From Octopus bimaculoides (lineage: Eukaryota), in assembly GCF_001194135.2 (NCBI RefSeq), contig NC_068981.1:84198512-84262511 (forward strand): a stretch of DNA of 64,000 bases, read 5' to 3'. The notes beneath the pieces are model-generated. The model made no database searches and was not told the DNA's origin. It saw nothing but the letters and a program-made list of their open reading frames with translations. How positions within the stretch are numbered: the stretch's first letter is position 1; each line of letters opens with the position of its first letter. This document shows, piece by piece, positions 13,466 through 25,845 of this stretch. A program made the translations under genes and the position numbers.

Positions 13466-13660
13466 TATTGGGTTGTCCGGAAAGTTCGTGCCGATTTATA
13501 GCAGCTTACCTTTCGACTTATTTTAGAACATGGTTGAGTCCATAAAATAGGATTTGACTACACCTCCATTTAGAGCACAGTTTAAGCTATATTTTCGTGG
13601 AAGAAGGTTTATGTTCCTATAACCTGTGTTAATTCTGTAACCTTTAAAATGGAAGAATAA
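13466..13660 (+). mobile_element. Mariner-type DNA transposon left end (TIR plus leader), truncated
   Basis: TA+TTGGGTTGTCCGGAAAGTTCGTGCCGATTT resembles mariner TIRs and is followed by a leader and ATGGAAG; no right TIR found. Confidence 0.6.
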
Positions 13661-13691
13661 CCAGTAATTAAGAACTATCTGAGAATATTTC

Positions 13692-14395
13692 ATAATAATA
13701 ATAATTCGTTCGTTTTATTGGCCACAAGGGCTAATATCAATTAAAGACATGTAAGGACAAAGACAGGACGAAGGCTACAAAAGGTTTTGTCCGAAAAGGT
13801 AGGAAAGTTCGTCTAAACAGAGGAAGAAAACGGAGAAAGATATAACAAATAAATAGATAAATAAATAAATAAATAAATAGAACTCCCAAAGGGGGAGGCA
13901 CTTCGAAAAAGGAAAGGTTACATGTGGAAAAACCCATAAAACCACGGGAGCCTGGTCAGAAAAAATAAGAAAGGGGTATAGAGCCCTTTCTCCTTTTACA
14001 TTACCTTTTTTTTTTCTACAGGTGTATTCTCAGAATTGGTCCGTTTATACTGGCCATTTTTCCAACAGTCACCCATCTTTCAACGAATTTGCTATGAGAC
14101 AGCACTTCCCTCTCTACTCTCATCTTCCTTTTCAAGTGGAACTTGAAAAAGTTGATGAGGCCTTGGCCAAAGAGGAAAGTGTCTGTCTTTAACCCTTTCA
14201 AACGGGTCCACCATATCACCTCTTTCGCTACAGCCACTAGGCATAGGAAAATTGCCTTTGCCTCCTGGTTAAAGGAGGTCGGCGGGTCAATTCTCACGAT
14301 GGATCCAGCTGATAGCCGGATCCGTCCTACACGTGATAGCCACACGGGCATTGATGAGGAAGGTCATCACATGGACGGTAACCACTTTGTGTGGG
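13692..14395 (-). mobile_element. Tx1/L1-clade LINE 3' end (ORF2 C-terminus plus 3' UTR)
   Basis: QCP zinc-knuckle remnant, then LVAVAKEVIWWTRLKGL...FFKFHLKRKMRVEREVLS..KFVERW, typical of Tx1-like ORF2 ends. The 3' UTR ends TGTGGCCAATAAAACGAA+(TTA)n; the same end recurs at 32677. Confidence 0.75.
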
Positions 14396-14559
14396 AATTT
14401 ACATAAAGGATGGGGAAAGATAGATATAGAAAATAGAATGAAGTACAATAAAAGTACGCTTAGTATACCTTTGTCGCATTTCAGTAATAGCAAATATATT
14501 ATTTGGCGTAAGGTAAGCATATTCAAAAAAATTTATATACAGAAAGCGTGCAGGAAATG

Positions 14560-14890
14560 ACCGAGAGGGGAGGGAGACCCCCCTTCCGTCATGAATGACC
14601 ATGGGATTGCACCTAAAAAGTTACCGTCCGAGGAACAAGTCCGGGAAAGGTTGTTTATGGAAGGCCAGCTGTCGCCCATGCATACCAGCTTTCCGTCGCC
14701 ACACCACTGATGTTATCCAAGGGAAAGACAAAGGCCGATACAGCTTGGCACCAGTGATGGCTTCTTTCAGTTTCTGTCTACGAAATCCACTCAGAAGAGT
14801 TTGGTCGGCCGGCGGCCATAGTAGAAGACACTTGCCCAAGATGCCACGCAGTGGTACTGAACCCGGAACCTTGTGATTGGGAAGCAAGCT
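14560..14890 (-). mobile_element. SINE family B head and CORE-like body with an alternative 3' tail
   Basis: GGTTCAGTACC B box and ATCTTGGGCAAGTGTCTTCTACTATGGCC CORE-like segment, followed by a tail (CCAAGCTGTATCGG...GGTGCAATCCCATGGTCATTCATGAC) unlike other B copies. Confidence 0.8.
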
Positions 14891-15160
14891 TTGCTCTTTC
14901 ATGATATTCAATAAGTGTATCGTACACCTCCTCCGTCCACTTATATCTGTTTTTGTGCACACCATGTATGTGATCTGTTGTGACCGTCCGAGGCCTGATA
15001 ACTGCCTCCAGTTTCGGACGTGCCGGGCGGCAAACCTTCACCATGATCGGCTATAGCTTCATTCTCGCGGTTAATTCTTTCATTGTTGTGTTGCATCACG
15101 ATTTCATGAGTCGTTCGTGAGGTTCCCATGAGAGTTGTTATTGAGATCCCATCTTTCTCA
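14890..15160 (-). mobile_element. Possible 5' (N-terminal) fragment of an R4/Dong-like ORF
   Basis: KNRYKWTEEVYDTLIEYHE resembles the R-KWT-EEN--LM-CY N-terminal motif of R4/Dong ORFs; preceded by a frameshifted low-complexity leader. Confidence 0.4.
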
Positions 15161-15255
15161 TCCTCGCTTTTCTTGTATATACACGTGCACATGTATGCAC
15201 ACACACATATATATAACTAACGTGCTTGCATTGTATCGCCTCCATAAAACCAGTG

Positions 15256-15314
<59 letters not shown>

Positions 15315-15320
15315 TATTAT

Positions 15321-15520
15321 AGAATCGATAGCACGCTGGACGAAGTGCTTTAGCGGAATTTCGCTCGTCGTTACATTCTGAGTTCAAATTCCGCCGAGGT
15401 CGACTTTGCCTTTCTTCCTTTCGGGGTTGATGAAATAAGTACCAGTTGAACACTGGGGTCGATGTATTTGCCTCCTCTCCTACCCGCGAAATTGCTACCC
15501 TTGCGACAAAATTTGAAACC
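15321..15520 (+). mobile_element. SINE family A, 5'-clipped, after a (TTA)n array
   Basis: GAGTTCAAATTCCGCCGAGGTCGACTTTGCC diagnostic body. Confidence 0.9.
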
Positions 15521-15537
15521 ACAGTTACTATTATATT

Positions 15538-15756
15538 AAGGCGGCGAGCAGGCAGAATCTTTAGCATACTGGTTGAAATGCTTAGCGTTATTTCACCGTT
15601 ATTTACGTTCTGAGATCAAATTCCGCCGAGGTCGACTTTGCCTTTCATTCTTTCGGGGTCGATAAATTAAGTACCAGTGGAATTCAGGGGTTGGTGTAAA
15701 CGACTAGTCCCCTCCCCTAAAACTTCGGCCCTTGTGCCTATAATAGAAAAGATAAT
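15538..15756 (+). mobile_element. SINE family A, full length, second unit of a tandem pair
   Basis: AAGGCGGCGAGCAGGCAGAATC head, B box, body and CTTGTGCCTATAATAGAAA tail. Confidence 0.9.
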
Positions 15757-16368
15757 CATCATTATCACCTGCAGCAGCAGCAACAGAATCCGCAGCAGTA
15801 GTAGTGGTAGTTTTTGCTATTCTATTTAAGGAAGTGATAACAAATATGCAGTTATGCCCTTATTTATCTTTCCTGGGGAATCAATCCAAACAGTTGTATT
15901 GAAGAAGCTAACAGTCATCCAATGTTATCTGTCGAACTTTACAATGTTAAACGAGAAAAACAGGGGAAATGAGCATTACGATAAAAAAAAAATATCGCAA
16001 AATACAACAAGAAAATATGCGAGGAACGAATGAAAGGACAAACCAGAAAAAGGAAAAGAGCCTGCATTTTACCATCATGGCTTGGCCGAGGCAATTAATA
16101 ATTTGTTGCTTTTTCAGGAAATATTGGAAGTTCTTAAAATTTCTCAGCATGTGGTTTTAATGTGAGCCATTTTAAATACATACACGCACTCATACACACA
16201 CAACACAAAACATACGCACACATGCACACAACTCACACAAGCAAACGCACAGGCATATATATACACACATAAGCGCATACGTACATAACCCTAGTAAAGC
16301 TGGTCGCAATCACATGACTAGAGGCATCAAACATAAATAAATTAATAAGCGAATCCACATACACATAC

Positions 16369-16402
<34 letters not shown>

Positions 16403-16483
16403 GTATATGTATGTATATGTATATGTATGTATGTATGTTCTTTAAAATAACTAACGCCATCTCTCACTGTCTCCCTGTTGATA

Positions 16484-16519
<36 letters not shown>

Positions 16520-18814
16520 ACGCATATATGTTCATACATACATATATACACGTGTGTACATGCTTATTTATAGGATTTTTAGAAACAATTATATATTCAA
16601 GCGTACATACCTACATACATATATATATGCATGTATGTATGTGCATATATGTATATATGTGTGTATAAATATATATATAAACACACACACACACACACAT
16701 AAACGCATCCATCCATACATACATTACATTCATACATCGACAAGCATATACATTCACAGATTTATGGGTGTGGGCGTATGCGCCTGTGTGCTTATACCTC
16801 GCTTAGCTTGAAAGTGGAGGCGAGATACTGAAGCGAACGGTCCAAAAACGCACGTGTAAAAGACATATGTTGGTCACTGTATGACACTCGCTGTATGTTG
16901 TTTTCTGACTCATTAGGGCTGTCTCAGCAATGACAACAAACAGTGCTGCTTAGATATGAAAAGTCGCCGGGTGTGAACCGAGGAAACAGCAACCGCAGAC
17001 GGATTTTTTAAAAAAAAGAAAAAAAGACGGTAGTAGTAGTAGTAGTAGTAGTGGTGGTNNNNNNNNNNNNNNNNNNNNNNNNNNNNNNNNNNNNNNNNNN
17101 NNNNNNNNNNNNNNNNNNNNNNNNNNNNNNNNNNNNNNNNNNNNNNNNNNNNNNNNNNNNNNNNNNNNNNNNNNNNNNNNNNNNNNNNNNNNNNNNNNNN
17201 NNNNNNNNNNNNNNNNNNNNNNNNNNNNNNNNNNNNNNNNNNNNNNNNNNNNNNNNNNNNNNNNNNNNNNNNNNNNNNNNNNNNNNNNNNNNNNNNNNNN
17301 NNNNNNNNNNNNNNNNNNNNNNNNNNNNNNNNNNNNNNNNNNNNNNNNNNNNNNNNNNNNNNNNNNNNNNNNNNNNNNNNNNNNNNNNNNNNNNNNNNNN
17401 NNNNNNNNNNNNNNNNNNNNNNNNNNNNNNNNNNNNNNNNNNNNNNNNNNNNNNNNNNNNNNNNNNNNNNNNNNNNNNNNNNNNNNNNNNNNNNNNNNNN
17501 NNNNNNNNNNNNNNNNNNNNNNNNNNNNNNNNNNNNNNNNNNNNNNNNNNNNNNNNNNNNNNNNNNNNNNNNNNNNNNNNNNNNNNNNNNNNNNNNNNNN
17601 NNNNNNNNNNNNNNNNNNNNNNNNNNNNNNNNNNNNNNNNNNNNNNNNNNNNNNNNNNNNNNNNNNNNNNNNNNNNNNNNNNNNNNNNNNNNNNNNNNNN
17701 NNNNNNNNNNNNNNNNNNNNNNNNNNNNNNNNNNNNNNNNNNNNNNNNNNNNNNNNNNNNNNNNNNNNNNNNNNNNNNNNNNNNNNNNNNNNNNNNNNNN
17801 NNNNNNNNNNNNNNNNNNNNNNNNNNNNNGAGGAGAAGGAGGACGAGGAGGGGATGGTGAGGAGCAAGGTGGACGACGACGGTGGCGTTGGCGCTGGTTT
17901 TGCTTGTCGTAACGTTGTTTTAGTTGCTGGTGTTGGTAGTGGTGATAGTGGTGGTAGTGGTGAGGATAGTGGTGGTAGTGGTGAGGATAGTGGTGGTGGT
18001 CGTCGTCAAGTGATAAGCATAGAGAGGCGAAGGAAAGAAAAGCTTGATGAATTATAAATAGTGATAGTGATGGTGAAACTAGAGTTTTTATACATAGACA
18101 AAGACAGACAGACAGAGAAACAGAGAGAGAGAGAGAGAGAGAAGGGCAGACTCACAGAAGCAAAGAGTGAGAGAGAGGGAGAGCGAAAGAGTGCGAGGCA
18201 GACAGACAGACAGACAGACAGAAAGGCAGACAGAGAGAGTACAAAGAGGCAGAGAGTGTATATATTTATCAATGTATCTCTCAATCTATGACTCTACTTA
18301 TATATAAATTTATAACAAAGGAAGATGAAATGGACAGACTTTAATACAAATACCAACATTTGTTTCTGTGCATGAGTTACTTGTATGAGTTAGTTGCTGA
18401 GCGTTTCATATACTATACATATCCTCATACAAATATTACATAAATATGAGTCAGCAATGGCAGTGTATTCGCACGTCATCAGGTGAGTGGCTTTGAGAGC
18501 ACTTCTGGATCATATTTATATAATATTTGTATAATGATATGTAAAATATGCGAAACACTCGGCAACTAACAATTGCTACCAATATACAGCAAGAATTGTT
18601 GCTATATGGATAGAACTCTGTTCATTCCCATTTTTTTTTCTTTCTTTTTGTGTATGTATATGAACTCTGAGCATTCTAACGAATTTCCTTTCCTGCTGCA
18701 TGATTGCATATGGTAGCACGTAACTGTAGACGAGCTTTGAAATGCATGTTATAAGTTTCTTACCCAGATCATATTATATAAATACATACATGCATTCACA
18801 CAAATCAACATTAC

Positions 18815-18947
18815 CTGTACAGGTGCACCATGTGTCACATGTCAGATGACGAAATGATCGCAGTGCAACGTAAAATGAAGTGCTTTGCTCAAGAACACAA
18901 CGCAGCGTCTGGTCTGGGAATCTAATCGACGTCTCGCAATCACGAGC
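18815..18947 (-). mobile_element. SINE with a D-like head (tRNA plus CORE-like TGTTCTTGAGCAAAGCACTT), fragment
   Basis: Minus strand ATTCCCAGACCAGACGCTGCGTTGTGTTCTTGAGCAAAGCACTT. Confidence 0.55.
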
Positions 18948-18952
18948 TTCTG

Positions 18953-19100
18953 GCAATTTCCCGTTACCATATCCACTCAGAACACTCCGGTCGTACCGGG
19001 GCAATAGTAGAAGACATCTAGTCAATGTACCACACAGTGGGACTGAACCCGAAACCAAGCGGTTGAAAAGCAAATTTCTTACCACACAGCCAATCCCGCG
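18953..19100 (-). mobile_element. SINE family B head, diverged
   Basis: GGCTGTGTGGTAAGAAATTTGC...GGTTCAGTCCCACTGTGTGG...TGTCTTCTACTATTGCC. Confidence 0.8.
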
Positions 19101-19553
19101 CTTAGTTGCATTGTCCGATCTGTTATTAGGACGGTAAGTTGTTTTAAAGGAGACTGTGCTGTTACTACTGAATCGAATAACTATGTTCGAGGCTCCTTCA
19201 TTAAGCCGACCACTGATAAGATGTAGAGTGAAGTTTAGACTGTGAAAAAGGAGGAAAGAGTATGTGGGTGAAAGTGAAATGTTGAGAGCATGCAAATTAG
19301 ACCACGATAAAACTTTCATTCGGGATAAGTTGTGGTAGCGCAATAAAATTCATTTTCAAAGACGACAAACGCTGGTCAATAAATCTAGCAGACGCAGTGG
19401 ATTGTGTGAATGATTCTCCGCCTTTAGTGACTGATTTAGCCGAAACCACAACATCACAGATCAACATAAGACATCAACAGAAATACAGTAATAAAACACA
19501 GAAACACACTTCCCTATCAGTATAATGGTCATCATCAGCATCAACAGCAGCTG

Positions 19554-19609
<56 letters not shown>

Positions 19610-21382
19610 GGAAAGAAACGAAAAGAGCAGCGCTGGTCGTAAGTTATAGCTCGGTGCCGGACTGGAGGAAGAAGATGCAAGACTTTTAGGCCAAGAAAAC
19701 ATCCAGATGTGATGACTTCCCAGTCCTAGCCCCAAAAGCTACGAAAGTTAAAAACGTNNNNNNNNNNNNNNNNNNNNNNNNNNNNNNNNNNNNNNNNNNN
19801 NNNNNNNNNNNNNNNNNNNNNNNNNNNNNNNNNNNNNNNNNNNNNNNNNNNNNNNNNNNNNNNNNNNNNNNNNNNNNNNNNNNNNNNNNNNNNNNNNNNN
19901 NNNNNNNNNNNNNNNNNNNNNNNNNNNNNNNNNNNNNNNNNNNNNNNNNNNNNNNNNNNNNNNNNNNNNNNNNNNNNNNNNTATGTCTCTTTGTGTGAAT
20001 GTATGTATATGTGTTTGTGTGTATAACTGAAAAAATATAAAATGTTTAAAAAAAATTACTTCCGCTTCTTTTTCGAGACTTCCCTGCCCGCTCTTTGTTT
20101 TACTACTTACGTGTTTTTTTTTTCTTGTTTTTTTTTGTTTTTGTTTTTTTTCCTTTTCTCCGTGTTTCTCTAGTTTACACCACACACACACACAAACACA
20201 TATACACATACAAATACATATACACACACAAACACACAAATACACACACAAACACAAATACACACACACACACTTTTGTTGTTTTTGTTTGCCCTGTTTT
20301 CTTTTCTTCTGTAAACCTCTGCGATGCGTTCCTCCTATCTTTCTTATAGGCCTTTACTTTACTGTTTGCCATTATCTGTGTAGAAATATATACGTGACAT
20401 AAAATAAGTGGGGGATCTAATCGTGAAATCCATCCAGACGAAGGATATCTAACGAATGAAAGAAAAGAAAGACAGAAAGAAAAAGAAAAGTAAGAAAGAA
20501 TTAGGAATTAGACCATTTTGGCAGGGAACTATTAAAAGAGATGTTGAAATTATTATGGTGACAAACCCTCATTGATGCCACTAAACACTTAATTAATGTA
20601 TATATATGTGTGTGCTTTTGTGTTTCTATGTGCTTGTTATGTATATAATGGCCCACTATGCGATGGAGTATGCGCTCTTGAATTACAATACAAACATACG
20701 TACATACCTACATACATACTCACCTACCTACCTACCTACCTACCTACATACATACATACATACATATATAGAAGAATGTTTGTGTGCGTGTATGTATGTG
20801 TGTGTGTGTGTGTGTGTGAGACTTGTATGTTAGTAATTCTATGTAAATTTTTTAGTATCTCTCCAAAATTTGAGCGCTTGTATTTGTGTCTTATGAATGT
20901 CAGTGCAAATATTTTCCTTCTTAATAGGAGAATGTGTGCGGGAATGCGCGCGCCTGTATGTGTGTATGTATCTATGTAGTACTCACGTATGTATTTGTGT
21001 GTGAAAGCGCTCAGTTTCTATAAACAAATTTACATATACATGGACGTTTACAGACAGGGATGTATCTACACAGTAGGGATTAGATAAAGAAAAAAGTACT
21101 AAGGAAGTGACTTGACACTAAAATTGTCAATGTTTTGAAAGATAAACGGTTGTCATGAAAATTCTATACCTTTATTTGCGAACACATGTTTTTTATGGAA
21201 AAAAATGTTGTTTTATCATAGTTTAGTGTTTGTTTTCTGAATTTTATATGACGTATGTTATACACATGTACATACATAAAACTACTCGACAACATACCAA
21301 CACTAAATGGAAAGGATTCAAATCCCAGCACTTCCTTTAAACTGACTAACGGATGCAAATACTGATTTCTTGTAACTACCCA

Positions 21383-21602
21383 AATATTGGTTTCAAATGT
21401 TAGCACAAAGCCAGCAATTTCGAGGGAGGTGTTAGTCGATTACATCGGCGCCAGTCCTCAACTGGTACTTATTTTATCGATCCCGAAAGGATAAAAGGCA
21501 AAACCGACCTCAGCAGAATTTGAACTCAAATTTTAAAGATGGACGAAAGGTAGCTAAGCATTTTGCCGGGCGTGCTAACGATTCTACCAGCTCACCGCTT
21601 TT
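21383..21602 (-). mobile_element. SINE family A, full length
   Basis: Head, B box, body and tail all present on the minus strand. Confidence 0.9.
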
Positions 21603-21611
21603 AATAATAAT

Positions 21612-21752
21612 TACATTGACCCCGCCAGCATTCAACTGGCAGTCATTTTATAAAGCCCTGAAAGCTTAAAAGTCAAAGTCGACTTCGGAGGAATTTGAAC
21701 TCAGAACGTAAAGACGAACGAAATATCGCTAAATACTTCGCACAGCGTGCTG
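21612..21752 (-). mobile_element. SINE family A, partial, tandem with the previous copy
   Basis: AAAGTCGACTTCGGAGGAATTTGAACTCAGAACGTAAAGACG. Confidence 0.85.
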
Positions 21753-22020
21753 AGATAGCAGGGATGTAAAAACGTTCGCTTTGCCATCAAGTGGCTTCGA
21801 GTTCAGTCCAAGTGTGCGTCATTCTAGGCAGGCGTATTCTACTAGCGTTGACTTGTTTACATCCTTGTAATTTAATTAACATAGCAGTTCGGTAAACGAG
21901 ACCAATAGAATAAGTATCAGATTTTCAAAATAAGTACTGAAGTCGATCCGTTTAAATAAGATACTTCAAGTCTGCCCCAGCATGGCCACAATCCAATGAG
22001 TGCAACAAGTAAAGATAAAG
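21753..22020 (+). mobile_element. SINE family B, internally deleted and diverged
   Basis: B head plus GTTCGGTAAACGAGACCAATAGAATAAGTA...CCAGCATGGCC tail. Confidence 0.7.
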
Positions 22021-22099
22021 GATAGACGCAGGCGTTGCTTTATAGGCGCGGGCATGGCTCTACAGGTGCAGTTGGGGTTTTTTAGGCATAGGCATTTAT

Positions 22100-22420
22100 A
22101 GGCGCAGGAAAGGATGTGTGGTAAGAAATTCGCTTCCCAACCACATGGCTATGTGTTTAGACTCATTGCGTTGTATTTTGGGCAAGTGTTGTCATTTACT
22201 AGAGCCTCGGGCCGACCAAAGTTTTGTGAGTGGATATAGTAGTCGAAAACTGAAAAAAGCTCATCGTATACGTTTGTGTGTATGTGTGCGTGTGTGTATT
22301 TCTCCCTCGCCATGCTTGACAACCTGTGCGATTTGGCAAAAGATCCCGATAGAATAAGTACCGCGTCTTAAAAACTAAATATTGGCGTCGATTTACTCGG
22401 CTAAAAAATTTCAAGGCGGT
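22100..22420 (+). mobile_element. SINE family B
   Basis: TGTGTGGTAAGAAATTCGCTTCCCAACCACATGG...TTGGGCAAGTG...GCCTCGGGCCGACCAAAG, internal (TG)n and B tail. Confidence 0.85.
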
Positions 22421-22504
22421 TCAATGACTTAATATATATAAATGTGTGTGCACGTGTGTATTTATATATCTATCTGTTTATACATACATACAAATGCATA
22501 CATA

Positions 22505-22556
<52 letters not shown>

Positions 22557-23066
22557 ATGTTCCAAAAATTTGATATAAACACGACAAACGGAAATTTTAT
22601 TTACAAGATGTAGCTAATTCCTCATCAATCATCGTCGAAAACATCGTAAAAATTTCGCGCCTTTAACGATGATATTGTTCACTTTTGGTGGCGCCAGCGT
22701 CGAGAAGCCACTGGGAATAGCTAACGAATGTACGCAACAATGGTGAAAATAAACACGACAAAATAAGATGATTATACATATACAACGAGAAAGGGTCGTG
22801 CGACTGCAAGATGAATGAATATGTTGTAACACCAAGGTAAATTTCATTTAAGACTGGAAACGAGAAAAGTCTATACGAAAAGTGAACAGAACAAACTATA
22901 AAAAAAGAATAGGAACAGAGAGAAGCGTGACCGATCGACTTAAATGTGAGTCAAAAAGGAAATGGACAAGATGTGAATGGTCACATATCATGTGATAGTG
23001 GAAGGTGAATGAAAGACTGATGGAGGGCAGAGGGACAGAAGCAATATATTCATATAAATGTAAGTA

Positions 23067-23445
23067 TTATTACCTCCGTCAAGGAAGGAGGTTATGTTTC
23101 CATCGGTGTTGGTTTGTCCGTCTGTGTGCAAAATAACTCAAAAAGTTGTGATCGATATTTGATGGAACTTGCAGAAAAAGTTGGTAATGACACAAGAAAC
23201 AGATGATGAAATTTTGGTAGTGATCCGGGAATTTTTATGGATTCTTGAAGGATTTTTCATTTGTTATATTTACTTTACATGAAGTATTACAATGTTACGT
23301 TCTTTGATTATCTCCCTTGATAACACGTTCATCGTTTCCACGTAACCTATGGTGGCGTTGCTGTTCCCAAAGTTTATTTTCTATTCTCTATTAGTAATTT
23401 CACTCGCGTATCTATCTTAAAATGAGCTGCTTCGCGGAGGTCTGC
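23067..23445 (+). mobile_element. Helentron-associated non-autonomous element (HINE/DINE-1-like), 3' hairpin lost
   Basis: TTATTACCTCCGTCAAGG..GGAGGTTATGTTT start, GTCCGTCTG, ATAACTCAAAAAG, and the complementary subterminal repeat TTCGCGGAGGTCTGC. Confidence 0.75.
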
Positions 23446-23530
23446 AGAGGATGACATGACAACCCTTGACTATTGGGATGATTCCTGTTTTTAAAAGGGT
23501 TTTTTTTAATCATATAGCTGTGTTATTTCT

Positions 23531-23620
23531 TTTTACCCCCGCCAAGGAGGTTATGTTTTTGCCAGCGTTGGTTTGGGAAAGTGGGCGGAGGTCTGCGCTC
23601 TCCGAGCGCTTTTCTAGTTT
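23531..23620 (+). mobile_element. About 90-bp minimal HINE retaining both subTIRs and the 3' hairpin
   Basis: TTTTACCCCCGCCAAGGAGG ... TGGGCGGAGGT, perfect hairpin GCGCTC-TCC-GAGCGC (23595-23609), ending CTAGTTT in T-rich flanks. Confidence 0.8.
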
Positions 23621-24019
23621 GGTATTGCGAATCAACTTGCTAAAAAACATTTACTGGTGGTGGGACTATACATAACAGAAAAAAAGTTATTGATTTATTG
23701 ATAATATTGATTTGACTTGTGTCCCAGCCAAATCAATATTATTCTAATTTTAGCCGTTAGTACATTTCTAAATTAATGAATTTTATTCGATATATTGGAT
23801 AGTCTTAAATATCTTTCGTATTTATACAACTTCACTGTGGACTGTAATACAGGAATCGACTGAACTATAGTTTATTGCCTCCTCATCTAGAATCGGTTCC
23901 TCAACTATCAAATACCCACAGGGAAACTGTATTTAAAACTACGATCGGTTGGCGTATTACTAACCAAGTGGACTGAGTTGAATATTGTCGACGCAATGTT
24001 TTGCAATTGCATTTTAGAT

Positions 24020-24200
24020 GTAGAAATCATTTACCAATTTTGAGTCTTTAGATTTTGGGTTCAAATCTGGCTGAGGTTAACATTGCTTTATATTCATTCA
24101 GGGTTGATAAAGTAAAATACTATTCAAGTACTGGGGGTGGAAGTTATAGACTAAGTTCCTCTTTTCAAATTTTCTGACCTTCCTGAATCAGACACCATTA
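24020..24200 (+). mobile_element. SINE family A, very diverged
   Basis: GGGTTCAAATCTGGCTGAGGTTAACATTGC...GGGTTGATAAAGT...CTGGGGGT. Confidence 0.55.
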
Positions 24201-24239
24201 AATTTATTATTAGGCAAAAGCTATTTTATGCTATTAATT

Positions 24240-25300
24240 AGCATTGATGCTATCCAGATGTTTGTTGACATCGAGTCTCATCAAATCCGAAGAATCTTTC
24301 TTAAGATTCTTCTAGGATAGAGGATAGTATAGTGTGTCACGGTACATGTTTTAATTCCAATTTCCTCAGCCTCTTTGATAGCAGTTTGGGTGTTGTATTA
24401 TGCGCACCAAATACCACATGAACAAACATCATCTTTGTATTCCACAAGCACTTCATCTCTCAAGGTAGGTCCCAACATTTCTCAATTATCTCAGTTCTCT
24501 TCATATTCATTCATTCACAGTATAATATAGTAAGGTTCAGTGGTTTAACACTCTTCGTTTCTTCTCTTCGATATCTGGTCCCATCAACAGCATTCAACAG
24601 CAAGGTCAGTCTCTATGGCGAAATATCATAAATTCCTGCAATCATTATTCACCATCACAGGCGTTAGCTAGCCTGCATATTTCTATTCTGTCACCTCGAA
24701 TCCACGTACTTGCAAATATCCAACACACTTTTTTATAGATACAACCAGTGTTTATACTCCTTCGAAGTTAACTTACTGCACTCACTTAGTAAATGGTTAA
24801 TTCTTTCGTCCTATTTGCTCTGTGACTGAGGTCAATTAATCTTTGTGTTTATGAAATTATTTTTAAAGGCTTGTCATTTGAACGCTAATAATTAGCGATT
24901 CAATCCAGTTATCAGCCAAGACCAGCGTTCTTCACTTCAAATATTCTCAGTTTGCTGCATGAACTGACCGTGGAATTCCATGTCTGTTCAGCTATTTGTC
25001 CTCTCGTTCTTATTTCTCTTCTCATATTTTTCATTGTTTCATTAATTTCTTCGTTATTTCTGAACGCAGATAATAGTCTTTCTTTCTTATAACATAACGT
25101 AGTTTACCAAACTCCAACTCACAGCACTGATAGATCTTCTGCAATTAATGAACCTTTGCCTCTTTCTCTTTCAGTAAGGAGGGCTTGGGAAAATTTGAAT
25201 TCATATAGCTTTGTCTTTGTCTACTTTAAAAAAGGAGCAGCGTATCTCAGTATTGGCTTGCACCACTCAGTATTGGCTTGCACCCTGTAACTTGCAGAAC
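24240..25300 (-). mobile_element. R4/Dong-clade LINE, old, with many stops and frameshifts
   Basis: Minus-strand remnants in order: PILRYAAPFL, HGQFMQQTE..SEERWSWL, ERINHLLSECSKLTSKEYK (zinc knuckle), GPDIEEK (REL PD motif), EMKCLWNTK..VVFGAHNTTPK. Confidence 0.8.
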
Positions 25301-25344
25301 ACATTATTAGCAGTTGATTTGTTTCAGACATCCTGATCCTTATT

Positions 25345-25540
25345 ATGAATATTATTAGTAGCTGACAAAATCTTTTGAGCGTAGAACAAAATGTTCTGAT
25401 TTCAAATGCCGCTGAAACAACTTTGCAATTCATAATTTCGAGGTCGATGAAATAGATTGCCAGTAAAATACTGACATCCATCGTTTCAATTAAGCCGCTC
25501 CCTCTTAGATTGCTAACTCTGTGCCAAAATTTGAAATTCC
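25345..25540 (+). mobile_element. SINE family A, diverged, ending in (ATC)n
   Basis: TTCTGATTTCAAATGCCGC...GAGGTCGATGAAATA...CTGTGCCAAAATTTGAAA tail. Confidence 0.65.
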
Positions 25541-25541
25541 T

Positions 25542-25623
<82 letters not shown>
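25542..25623. repeat. (ATC)n microsatellite between two tail-to-tail SINE A copies
   Basis: Direct reading. Confidence 0.95.
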
Positions 25624-25641
25624 GTGTCATCAGTATACACA

Positions 25642-25845
25642 AAATATTCATTTCTACACTAGGCACAAGGCCCGAATTTTGTGAGGAGTGGGACAGTCGA
25701 TAGATCGACCACAGTACGCAACTGGTATTTAATTTATCGAGCCCGGAAGGATGAAAGGCAAAGTCGACCTCGGCGGAATTTGAACTCTGAATGTAGCGGC
25801 AGACGAAATACCGCTAAGCATTTCGCCCGGCGTGCCAACGTTTCT
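25642..25845 (-). mobile_element. SINE family A, head clipped at AGAAACGTTGGCA
   Basis: Diagnostic A body. Confidence 0.9.

Noticed and set aside
19300-19740. Poly-Q/His-rich apparent coding stretch
   Set aside because: Stops occur in every frame around the (CAA)n array and there are no strong splice sites.
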